A DNA stretch of 64,000 nt from Cetorhinus maximus (Eukaryota). How positions within the stretch are numbered: the stretch's first letter is position 1; each line of letters begins with the position of its first letter. The stretch is from positions 97,960,001-98,024,000 of the forward strand of contig NC_135895.1 in the NCBI RefSeq assembly GCF_964194155.1, read 5' to 3'. Below, in pieces: positions 51,011 through 62,129 of this stretch. The position numbers were made by a program, and so were the translations under genes. The notes under the pieces were generated by a model. That model saw only the letters and a list, made by a program, of their open reading frames with translations, ran no database searches and had not been told where the DNA came from.

Positions 51011-51421
51011 ATACTTGACTGCAGCTTCCCTAGGTCACTACTACTGATAGTAAACATGCCAGATGTATTCAATTGCTGAGATAATCATTTAAGATTGGAA
51101 AGTATACTCATGTCAGTGCAGTGTCATAATTGAAGATAGGACTTTCAAATGCATCAAGTGAGTCTCCCCTGGATGTCTGTCTGAGGCTGCAAGTTAACTT
51201 GCAAAATGCAGAATATTGCCTCTTAGTGAAGGCAATCTGTTTTGCCATCTTTCTTCTAATCCTTCTGGAGAGGCTGGGGTGGTGATGGACAGGATAAACT
51301 CCTCTTCAATTCAAGCTGTTACTTGGTCCCCTCCCCCCAGCCCCCCATTCCAGCGCTCATCAAATGTTCAGCAGCTATATTTTTGAGGAATTTTATTGTT
51401 GAAGTTATTTGTTTTGCTCAG

Positions 51422-51610
51422 GTTCAAAACTGGAACAGTGACATTCTTGTGAAACAGAAACCTGCACTTTGGAAGCCAACAGCCAAGTTGCTGTTTGTAA
51501 ATCGATTCAGGGGCAAAAAGCATAAAAGTAACAATTCATCTGCAAAAGTTCTTAAGGATACCAGTAATTCTGTGGTCATAAATGATGCTAGAGTCCACAT
51601 TCCACAAAAG
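51422..51610 (+). CDS. GPSM2: GPSM2 coding exon 11 (VQNWNSDILVKQKP...AKLLFVNRFRGKK...IPQK)
   Basis: GPSM2-type linker sequence. CTCAG acceptor, AAG|GTAAG donor, 189 nt. Confidence 0.94.
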
Positions 51611-51984
51611 GTAAGCTTTGTTACAATACTTCTTCGTTGTTTACATCTTGTTTGACAAATGATACAAACCCTTTAAGACAATCATGAATCCAAATATAGA
51701 ATAGAACAAATTGCCCAACTCATGTGTTTTGCTTCCCCTCTACCTCCCCATTTCCAAATCTTGGCTGCATGGCCTCTCCTTAGGATGGGAAAAGTCAATA
51801 GAGGAGTTATTTATGAGGAAAAGAAAACAAAAAATGTACCTCAATGGAACATATTAAAGTGGCTTTGCTTGTAATAAATATGTTCCTGCAGAACTAAATG
51901 ATGTGTTCTCCTGAAGGGCCATTCATGTAATAAATGGATGTGCTTGGAAGCTAACAAGGTTTAAGTGGATACCGATAAATAGAT

Positions 51985-53192
51985 ATAAAAACTGAAGGTG
52001 CTGGAAATACTCAGCGGGTCTGGCAGTATCTGTGGAGAGAGAAACAGTTTCCAGTTGAATGTGACTCTTCTTCAGAACTGAAGAAAGAAGATAGAAATGT
52101 GATGGGTTTTATGCTGTTGAGGGGTGGGTAGAAAGAGCTAACGGGTAGAGGGAAGAAGAGATTAAATGACACAAATGTCACGGAGCAAAACGCAAAGGGA
52201 GTGGTAAGGTTGCAATAAAGAAACAAAGCATTTGTGCAGAGTGAGTGTGAATAGCAGGATAATGAACATCTGTGCCTGAAAGCAGAAGCATGAAAAAACA
52301 AAATTAAGACCAGCACATGGCAAAAAAAACAGAATTAAAATGGGGGATAGAGTACATGGTCTGAAATATTTGAACTCAATACTGAGTCCAGAAGGCTGTA
52401 AAGTGCCCTAATCAGAAGATGAGGTGCTGTTCCTTGAGCTTGCGTTGAGTTTCACTGGTACACTGCAGCAGGTTGAGGACAGAAATGTGGGGGTGAGAGC
52501 GAGGTGGTGAATTAAAATGGCAAGCAACCAGAAGCTCAAGGCTACGCTGGGTTGGGGTGGGAGTGGGTGGTGGTGTGCTAAGCAGAGGTGTTCCGCAAAG
52601 TGGTCTCACTTGTGTAGAGGGGACTGCATTGTGAGCAGTGAATACGGTATACTAAATTGAAAGAAGTGCAAGTAAAATGCTGCTTCACCTGGAAGGAGTA
52701 TTTAGTGTCTTGGACAATGAGAGAGGAGGTAAAAGGGCAGGTGTTACAACTCCTCCAATTGTATGGGAAGGGGACGAGGTGTTGGGGGTGATTGGAAAGT
52801 GGACCAGGTGTTGTGGAGAAAACAATACCTTTGGACTGCTGACAGGGGAGGGGAGGGAAGATGTGTTTGGTGGTGGCGTCGTGCTGGACATGGCAGAAAT
52901 GATGGAGGACGATCCATTGAATGGGGAGGCTGGTGGGGTAGAAAGTGAGGACAAGGGGAACACAATAGCAGTTCTGGGAGGGAAGGGAAGAGAGATCAGA
53001 AATGCGGGAAATGGGTCAGACACGGTTGAGGGTCCCATCAACCATGGCTGGGGTGGTGGGAATCCTCAGTTGAGGGAAAAGGAAGTCATATTTGAAGTGC
53101 TATTGTGGAGGTTTGAGTCATCAGAATAGATGTGATGGAGGCAGAGGAACTGGGAGAATGCTTTTGGATGTTTTTATTTCAGATTTACAGCT
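51985..53192 (-). mobile_element. Penelope-like element 3' portion with a short inverted tail
   Basis: VACHFNSPP.SH..SVL.LL.C.SE.QRKL.EQHLIF. Eroded hammerhead at 52045-52080 (CTGAAGAAGAGTC on the minus strand). Inverted tail TTTTTATTTCAGATTTACAGC near 53170. Confidence 0.78.
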
Positions 53193-53289
53193 TGTGCATG
53201 ATACATAGGTACTTGGTTATACAAATAAATCAGGCTGGTTTTGGACAACATACATCAGCTCTAAAGATTGTTTGTTGCCATACCTTGGT

Positions 53290-54380
53290 AATTCAAGGAT
53301 CATCCCAATGACCAGGAGTCAGATTGCCCCTGCTCCGTAAAGAAGAGTGTCCGTCATTCGAATCCAAAGGCCTTGGAGCCATGGTTCCTCATCTGACAGG
53401 ACTGTTATGCTGGTACCTGAATCTAATTTAAAATATGTTAGATGAGCATTTACCAGGATTTCAGCATTCCAAAATGAGGAACCACATTCCTTGATCTCAC
53501 CCAAGAAGCATAGCTGTGTGCTACCTTGGTTTTCAGTCTTGATCTCGTGAATTACCTTTGGGATGTCTGAGGTGCTGGGGTTTTGACTTGCACAATTTAG
53601 CAAAGTGTCCCTGTCGGTTGCAGTGGAAGCATTGGGCAGTGCTTGCAGGATGCTGATCTTTCCTGATGAGGGCGCTTCGCAACCAGCGCTGGCAAAGTCG
53701 CTCTGCTGGGCAGTTCAGGAATTGCTTTTCCTTACTTGGATTGTCCCTGTGTCTTTGTGACCTGATAAGCTGGACGGAGGGTTGGTTTCCGCCCCAAGTA
53801 GTGTTCTCTCTCCTTAAGATGATCCTGTGTTGTTCATATAACTCAAAGTCTAATTAGCTGCATTACCTTGTCTAGGGTAAGATCGTTCTTAGCTTGTAGG
53901 AGATGCAACACCCAACATGATTCTGTCTCTGATGAGCTTAGACTTTAAATTGCCATATTCACATCCTTCTGTCAGCCTGTAGAGATCGTTTATGAAGGAA
54001 TTGACAGGTTCTCCAGGTAGCTGGATTCTCCTATTAAATTTGGTTCTCTCCAATATTTTGTTGGATCTCGGGTTGAAATAAAAGTTGAAGGATTTTAAAA
54101 TATCCTCCAATTTGGTAGGGCAGTTAGAGATGGGCAATAAATGCTGGCTTAGCCAGTGATGTCCACATCCCATGAATTAATTTAAAAAATGACCCATTGA
54201 TAGCTTGTCATTCAATAATGTCATCTTTAATTGTAAAGAAGTGTATTGACTTGTTCTGCTTCTGATTTTTTTTTTTATTTAGACCTACAGCAATGCTGTA
54301 TCTTAAAAATCTTTTTCTCCAAAGACTCCAATTCTGTGACTGGTCTGGGCCATGGGTGAATCCAATGGAGATGGAAGCGT
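53290..54380 (-). mobile_element. Ty3/Gypsy LTR-retrotransposon gag + protease fragment, with a SINE/LINE tail inserted at about 54112-54190
   Basis: ERTKFNRRIQLPGEPV..FI.DL..L...CEYG..IRDRI gag motif, CFHCNRQGHFAKLC zinc knuckle, FKLDSG protease motif. Confidence 0.85.
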
Positions 54381-54529
54381 GGAATTGTGATCAGTTTTGA
54401 AGATTTTTTTTAAAGTGTTGGAATATATTTTCCCTGATGTGTATATGGTACAGATTGTGGATAACTGTCATGTAGAACTTTCTAAATGCAGTGCTTATTT
54501 TAAATACAATTTACAATATTTGTTTTCAG

Positions 54530-54686
54530 AGAATCAATTCCAGTGTGCTGGGAGATGAAGGGTTTTTTGACTTGTTGAGTCGGTTCCAGAGCAATCGGAT
54601 GGATGATCAACGATGCTCATTCACAAAGAGTCAGAATAGGCTGACAAGGGCTGCACCAGTCTCATCAACCCCACCTAATACATTAG
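54530..54686 (+). CDS. GPSM2: GPSM2 coding exon 12, GoLoco 1 (EGFFDLLSRFQSNRMDDQRC)
   Basis: GoLoco DQR triad. TTTTCAG acceptor, G|GTAAG donor, 157 nt. Confidence 0.96.
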
Positions 54687-55737
54687 GTAAGTATTTTTTG
54701 AATTTTCCTGACTTTATGTAGGAATTACATTCTCTAATTGCACCCATATATCATTGTCCCCTTTAGTTTAAATTTCTTTTAGGCATTTTTACTTTTATTT
54801 TGCTCACATTTTTGGCCAGTTCTTTAGCTAAATGGGGTTTCTAGTACTTTTTGCTGGAACCAGTCTTGCTAACAAGCTATTCCTTAGCAGAATGTGTGTC
54901 ACTACAGAATCCCTCTATTTATACTGCTTGAAGGAAAGAGGCAAAGAATAGAGGGATGTCGAACAAGTTGGACTCCACCTTCCTTCGAATCTAACAGACT
55001 TTGCACTCCCACCTATAATAATAGCCAAGTGTGGCATTACCTAACAATGTTATTTGAATGCACAGATTCACTATGGAGACTATGTTAGGAGTTGTAAGAT
55101 GCTGCAAACTGATAGTAGCTGACGTTACTTCAGCAGAAGAGTGCTATGTTTTTTGATTAGTCAGGATTTCACAAAGTCCAAAGCTTCAGTGACGGCATGA
55201 GTGTAAGCTGCTGCATAAAGTGGTGCTACATCTCTTTAACCTTGAGCTACTTACTTCCATCATTGAGCAATTGGCCTATTGCCATTAGCGCAAACAGCAG
55301 AACATCCAGTGCTCAATGCTAGTAACCTAAAAGCCAGCATTTATTGCCCATCTCTAACTGCCCTACCAAATTGAAGGCCAACCTCCAGCAGAACTCCCAT
55401 GCATACTTTAGTCCCAGGACTTTCTGTTACCAACCTACACCAAAGTTCTTTGGACTTCAAAGTGCAGTGGGCGGAAACAGTTGATAAAGTAACGACAAAG
55501 TGCAGTGGGTCCCTACAGGGAGGGAACATGCACACTCCACCATGCAAACAAACTATTCTTCTGCGTTTGTCGTAGCTTGGTTGAAAGACCTTTTAAAAAT
55601 GGTGTGTTTTCATGTTGTAGGAACTTGATCGAAAAACAGTTAATGTCCACTTATTAGATTTTCACCAATCTTGATAAGTGATATTCTTATTAGACTTGTG
55701 ACCTTTTCAAGCTCAAGTAAGTAACTCAACTTCATTT

Positions 55738-55773
55738 GAGCCTGAAAGGCCATTGGAGCCTGAAAGGCCATTG
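55738..55773. repeat. 18-bp tandem duplication GAGCCTGAAAGGCCATTG
   Basis: Two exact copies, read directly. Confidence 0.9.
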
Positions 55774-55899
55774 TTTGCTTAGCAAACAGAAAGGCATCCA
55801 GCAGGGATGGAATTCTAGCTAGACTGCTAAAGCATGGAATGTCCCAACTACTGCGACAACTTCATGACTTCCTCCTCCTTTGTTGGAGGGGAGGATCTG

Positions 55900-57450
55900 T
55901 TCCACAGGACATATTTGATGCAAAAATCATCATGTTATACAAAACAAAGGCAACAAAGGAAATTTCAGAAACTACAGAGGCATCTAATTGGGAAGGCCTT
56001 TGCTAGCGTCATGCTTAAATTTGCAGTCCAAATGTATCCAGAAGCACAATGTGGTTTCCATGCTGGCAGATCTACAGTGGACATGATCTTCTCTATACGC
56101 CAGTTGCAAGCGAAGTGCTGGGAACAGGATGTACCTCTTTATCTTGCTTTTGTAGAACTCATTAAAGCATTCAACACTATCAGCAGGGCAGGACTCTACA
56201 AGATTTTGGAGAAAGCTGGCTGTCCACCAAAGCACCTCAGTCTCATCTCTCCTTTCATGACAGCATGCACTGTATGGCACAGTTTGATGGCATCACTTCC
56301 AACATCTCAGGGCAAGAAATGGAGTGAAACAGGGTTGTGCATGTGCCCCCACCTTATTTGGTATTTTCTTCTCCATACTCCTGACCTTTGCCTTTCCTGC
56401 ACTTATGGAAGTTTACCTGCATACTAGGGTCAGACAGCAAGCTCTACATTCTGTCCATAGTGAAAGTGAATACAAAAATACAGCATGTCGTGATCAGAGA
56501 ACTCCTCTATTCTTACGATGCTGTGCTAGCCACTTGCATGAGCTCAGCTACAAAGACTCATGGATTGTCTCTCCCATGCCTGTAACTTGTGTTCTCACAA
56601 TAAGTGTTATGGGACAGCGTGTCACATCTCCATCCTTGATCACATTAAACAACACCCTGCTGGAAGTGGTTGGCAAATTCTGTTACCTTGGGTCCATGGT
56701 GATGCAGAACTTGACGCATGCACAGGAAAGAAGCAACCACTGTGACCAACTCCTGAATCTTGCATGGAAAAACAAGATGACGACAAGATGCTCGTTTATG
56801 AGGCCTGTGTTCTCAGCACCTTTGGTGTACGGCTGTGAAACATGAGCAACTTGCAGCTAACAATAAAGGAAGCCTAACAATTTTCATCTTCGTTGTTTGC
56901 AGTGTAATCTTTACATCTTATGAAAGGACCAAATCATAAATGCAACAGCCCTCTCAAAGACACATCTCCCAAGTATGCTAATGCTCATCAAGTGGAGGTG
57001 TCTTTGCTGGCGTGGGCACCATTGCAGGATGGAAGACTAACACATTCTCAAAGATTTTCTGTGTGGTGAGGTAACTGGAGCCAGAAGACCAGCAGGACGC
57101 CCAAAGCTCCACGTCAATGATGTTTGCAAATGTGACATGAAGGCCCTAAATGTTGATTTTCACACCTGGGAGATAGTAGCCAATGACAAGAGGGAAATAG
57201 CAACATCACCTCTGGGCTGGCATGTGCCACCATGCGATCAGTGGCGACAGCAGCTTGGCAACAAGCCCCAACACTAAAGGCAATAACCCACGAGGACACC
57301 TGATAACCACCTTCTATTTGGAACTTGTAGCAGAACTTGCCTCTCACGGATTGGTCTTTTCAGCCATCAGTGAAGGTGCACCATATGAAACTATCTCATC
57401 CTCAATGGCTTTGCTGCATGTTCATCACCTTGCGTAGATGGAAGGATGCT
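55900..57450 (+). mobile_element. RTE-clade LINE fragment
   Basis: YPEAQCGFHAGRSTVDMIFSIRQLQ.KC.EQ, GVKQGC..APTLF, FCYLGS, LVYGCET motifs. Confidence 0.9.
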
Positions 57451-57742
57451 GATTCGCTTATTAGATCGGTGTCTTTTCAAAATGGTCTTGAGTTTACTAT
57501 AACATTAAGTTAGTATTTTCCCTGAATTTAGAAAGCACTTCTAAATGGGGATTACTTGTTAAAAGCTGTCTTGCTTTACTGCAGTTCAGATTTGTTCTGT
57601 AACAATACTGTTGCTATATAATAGGTCAAGGTTACTGGCTCTATAACCTAATTTCAAACCTGACAGGGAAAAAGAGTGTAGTTTGTAGGTTTTGTGTTTA
57701 AAATAATTACATCTCCAATATGTTTTCCCATTCCTACTTCAG

Positions 57743-57948
57743 TAGCTTCACCACAGACAGAGGAGTTTTTGGATCTGCTTGCAAGTTCTCAGAGCCGTCG
57801 ATTAGATGATCAGCGTGCAAGCATTAGCAATCTTCCAGGCCTGCGGCTTAACCAGCATAATAGCCACTCTATTCTTAGTCACCTGATCACCAATGGAGGC
57901 AGCAAGGACCCAGACGATTCTTTCTTTGATATGCTGGTAAAATGTCAG
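57743..57948 (+). CDS. GPSM2: GPSM2 coding exon 13, GoLoco 2 and start of GoLoco 3 (EEFLDLLASSQSRRLDDQRA...FFDMLVKCQ); the gene continues past the window
   Basis: GoLoco motifs. CAG|TAG tandem acceptor, CAG|GTAAGT donor, phase 1 start matches exon 12. Confidence 0.93.
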
Positions 57949-58294
57949 GTAAGTCAAATTTTTATAACTTGCATGTTTATTAACTTCATTTTTTAAAATA
58001 TGTGAAGTTTCTGAATGTGAAATTCCACTCTGTTGCAACAGCTGTCAACAGATATAGAAAAATGAGACACTAAGTGGAAGTGATTTAGGACCCAGAGCAA
58101 GAAAACACTGAGGATTGAGAGACACGACTGCACTACTAGAGTTGGTGATGAAGCAGAGATCATGTCCACATTTTAAAATAAGTTAGATAGGTAGTTGAAG
58201 AAATAGGGGAATAAAGGAATATGGGAATATAATGGGCACATCAGATTAGGACTGCAGATCATATGGAAAATAAATACTTACATGGCCTGTTTAC

Positions 58295-61030
58295 ATATGA
58301 GCATACGAATTAGGAGCTGGAGTAGGCCATTTGGCCCAGTGACTCTGTTCCGCTATTTGATGAGATGGTTGGTGTGAGTGTGGCCTCAACTCTACTTTCC
58401 TGTCTACCCTCTCTAAGCTGTGACTCCTTGTTAATCAAGAATCTATCTATCTTGGTCTTAAAAATTTTCAACAACCCTGCCTCCACTGCACACTAAATTT
58501 CTCCTCGTGTCCATCTTAAATGGGAGACCCCTAATTTTTAAACTGTGTCCCTGAGTTCTAGTATCTCCCACAGGGGGAAACATTATCCTCTCTGCATCGA
58601 CCCTGTCAAGTTCCTCAGGATCTTATGTTTCAAAAGATCCCCTCTTATTCTTCTAAACTCCAATGGGTCTAGGTCCAACCTGCTCAACCTTTCCTCATAA
58701 GATAGCTCCTTCATCCCAGAAATCAGTTGACTGAACGTTCTAAACTTTGAACTGCTTCTAATGCAATTATATATGCCCTAAGTAAGGATACCAAAACTGT
58801 ACACAGTACTCTAGATGTGGTCTCACCAATGACTGGTTGGTACGACTGTCCTACTTTTAAAACAAAAACAAAAATACCTGGAAAAACTCAGCAGGTCTGG
58901 CAGCATCTGTGGAAGGGAGCACGGTTAACGTTTCGAGTCCACATGACTCTTCAACAGGACTAAGGAAAAATAGAAAAGGGGTGAAATATAAGCTGGTTTA
59001 AGGTGGGAGGGTGCGGTTGGGACAAGAGAGCTGGATAGAGGGCCAGTGATAGGTGGAGACAACCAAAAGATGTCACAGACAAAAGGACAAAGAGGTGTTG
59101 AAGGTGGTTATATTAACTAAAGGAATGTGTTAATTAAGGGTAGAAAGCAGGACAAGCAAGGTACAGATAGCCCTAGTGGGGGTGGGGTGGGGTGAAGGAA
59201 TCGAAAAAGGCTAAGAGGTAGAGATAAAACAATGGATGGAAATACATTTAAAAATAATGGAAATAGGTGGGAAAAGAAAAATCTATATAAATTATTGGAA
59301 AAAACAAAAAGGAAGGGGAAAAATCAGAAAGGGGGTGGGGATGGAGGAGAGAGTTCATGATCTAAAATTGTTGAACTCAATATTCAGCCCGAAAGGCTGT
59401 AAAGTACCAAGTCGGAAGATGAGGTGCTGTTCCTCCAGTTTGCGTTGAGCTTCACTGGAACAATGCAGCAAGCCAAGGACGGACATGTGGGCATGAGAGC
59501 AGGGTGGAGTGTTGAAATGGCAAGCGACAGGGAGGTCTGGGCAATGCTTGCTCCCTACTTTTAAACTCTCTTCCCCTTGCAATAAGTGCCAACATTTCAT
59601 TTATCTTCCTAATTACTTGCAGTACCTGCATACCAAGTTTTTGTGATTTGTGTACCAGGACAAACAGATCCCTCTGTACTTCAGAGTTCTGCAAAATCTC
59701 TCCATTTAAATAATATATTGCTTTACTGTTCTTCTTGCCAAAGTGGACAAGTTCACATTTTCCTATATTTGTACTCCAACTGCCAAAATTGGTGCACTTC
59801 ACCTATCTATATCCCTTTGCGGACCACTTATGTCCTCTTCAGAACCTACTTTCCTATCTTTGTGTCATCAACAAATTTGGCAACCAAATTTTCCAAGTTG
59901 TTGATATAGATTGTAAGGAATTGAGCCCTGGCTCTGATCCCTGTGGCACTCCACTTGCCAACCTAAAAATGACCCATTTATCCCTGCCCTATGCTTCCTG
60001 TTAGCTAACCATTCCTCTATCTATGCTAATATGTTATTCCGTACCTCATGAGCTCTTACCTTGTGAAGTAACCTTTGATTTGGCACCTTATCAAATGCCT
60101 TTTGGAAATCTAAGTACAGCACATCTACAGGTTCCCCTTTATCCATGTTGCTTGTTACTTCCTCAAAGAACTTGAAGAAATTAGTCGAACACAAATTCCC
60201 TTCCACAAAACCATGTTGACTCTGCTTGATTTCATTAAGATTTTCTAATTGCCCTTCCATAACATGCTTAGTAATAGATTCTAGCATTTTCCCTTTGTCA
60301 GATGTGAGGGTAACTAGCATGTAGTTTCCTGTCACCCTCCTTTCTTGAATAGAGGAGTTATATTCACTATTTTCCAATCCGATCTGACCTTTCCAGATCT
60401 AGGGAATGCTGGAAAATTACAGCTAATGCATCTACTGTCTCTGCAGCCACTTCTTTGAAGACTCTAGGATGCTGATCATCAGGCCCTGGGGGCTAATTAG
60501 ACTTTAGTTCTAATAGTTTTCTCAGTACCCTTTCCCTGGTGATTGTAATTGTTTTGAGTTCCTCTTTTTCCCTTTCACCCCTTGATTTGCATGTATTTCT
60601 GGGATGTTATTTGTGCCGTCACAGCAGACACAAAATATTTGTTCGCACTCCCACAGTTTCCTCATTTTCCATTATTAATTCCCCATCCTCACTCTCTAGA
60701 GGACGAATGCTCCCTTTGATTACTTTTTTCCATTTTAAGTACTTGTAGAAACTCTTACCATCTGTTTTTATATTTCTAGCTAGTTTTCTCTCATACTATA
60801 ATTACTCCCTTTTTTTTGTTAGTCATTATTTACTGGTTTTCGACTCCTGTCCAATTTTCTACCACTAATTTTTCACAGAACTGTTTTTTCAATTTCATAC
60901 TATCTTTAACTTCCTTCGTTAGCCACGGATGGTGCATCCTTCTGCTAGAGTCTTTCTTTCTCACTGGAATGTATCTTTGCTCAGTTTTATGAAATATCTC
61001 CTTAAATAGAAGATACTTCATATCTCCTAT
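58295..61030 (-). mobile_element. CR1 LINE fragment with a nested Penelope insertion
   Basis: QHGFV.G, YLDFQKAFDKVP, QRDL.VLVH motifs. Tail at 58295-58340. Confidence 0.88.
58862..59553 (-). mobile_element. 5'-truncated Penelope-like element with 12-bp TSD CCTACTTTTAAA
   Basis: TSD at 58850-58861 and 59554-59565. ORF end QRKLEEQHLIFRLGTLQP.GLNIEFNNF. Hammerhead-like motif at 58923-58961. Same family as 18417-19204. Confidence 0.88.
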
Positions 61031-61039
61031 TCATGTCCT

Positions 61040-62005
61040 AGGCCCAACCATCTTCAGCTGCTTCATCAATGATCTTCCATCTATCATAAGGTCAGAAGTG
61101 GGGATGTTTGCTGAACGATGTTTGCTGAATGATGCACAATGTTCAGCACCATTTGCGACTCCTCAGATACTGAAGCAGTCCATGTCCAAATGCAGCAAGA
61201 CCTGGACAATATCCAGGCTTGGGCTGACAACTGGCAAGAAACATTCATGCAATACAAGTGCCAGGCAACACTAATTCCAACAAGAGAGAATCTAACCATT
61301 GCCCCTTGACATTCAATGGCATTACCATTGCTGAATCCCCCAATATCAACATCTTGGAGGTTACCATTGACCAAAAACTGAGCTGGACTAACCATATAAA
61401 TACTGTGGCTACAAGAGCAGGTCAGAGGCTAGGAATCTTCCGGCGAGTAGTTCACTTCCTGACTCTCCAAAGCCTGTCCACCATCTACAAAGCACAAGTT
61501 AAGGGTATGATGGAATACTCTCCACTTGTCTGGATGAGTGCAGCTCCAACAACACTCAAGAAGCTTGACACCATCCAGGACAAAGCAGCCTGCTTGATTG
61601 GCACCCCATCCACAAACATTCACTCCCTCCTCCACTGGTGCACAGTGGCAGCAGTGTCTACCATCTATGAGATGCACTACAGGAACTCACCAAGGCTCCT
61701 TACACAGCACCTTCCAAACCCACATCCACTACCATCTGGAAGGACAAGGGCAGGAGTCCCATTGGAACATCACCACCCGGAAGTTCCCCTCTAAGCCACT
61801 CACTACCCTGAATTGGAAATATATTGCTGTTCCTTCACAGTCGCCATATCAAAATCCTGGAACTCCTGCCCTAACAGCATTGTGGGTGTACCTACACCAC
61901 GTGGACTGCAGCGGTTCAAGAAGGCAGCTCGCCACCACCTTCTCAAGGGCAATTAGGGATGAGCAATAAATGCTGACCTAGCCAGTGACGTCCACATCCC
62001 GTATG
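61040..62005 (+). mobile_element. QAWADK-family LINE 3' portion
   Basis: FINDL, MQQDLDNIQAWAD, IYKAQV..MMEYSPLVW motifs. Tail GGGCAATTAGGGATG.GCAATAAATGCTG. Confidence 0.88.
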
Positions 62006-62129
62006 TAAGCGTTCTGACTGGTAGTACTTGCAAAACCTGTTTAACATGTACTGTTTGGTTCTAGAGAAAATAACTAACACCTGTCGATTTGCCTTCTTTG
62101 GAACATTAGAAATATATCAACATTTAGCC

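Noticed and set aside
16770-57948. Calling the gene GPSM1 (AGS3) instead of GPSM2
   Set aside because: The N-terminus HIRYRMEASC and the linker VQNWNS..KQKP..KP.AKLLFVNR fit GPSM2/LGN.
61103-61130. 14-bp tandem duplication at the LINE FADD motif
   Set aside because: An ordinary inactivating slippage event in a dead element.
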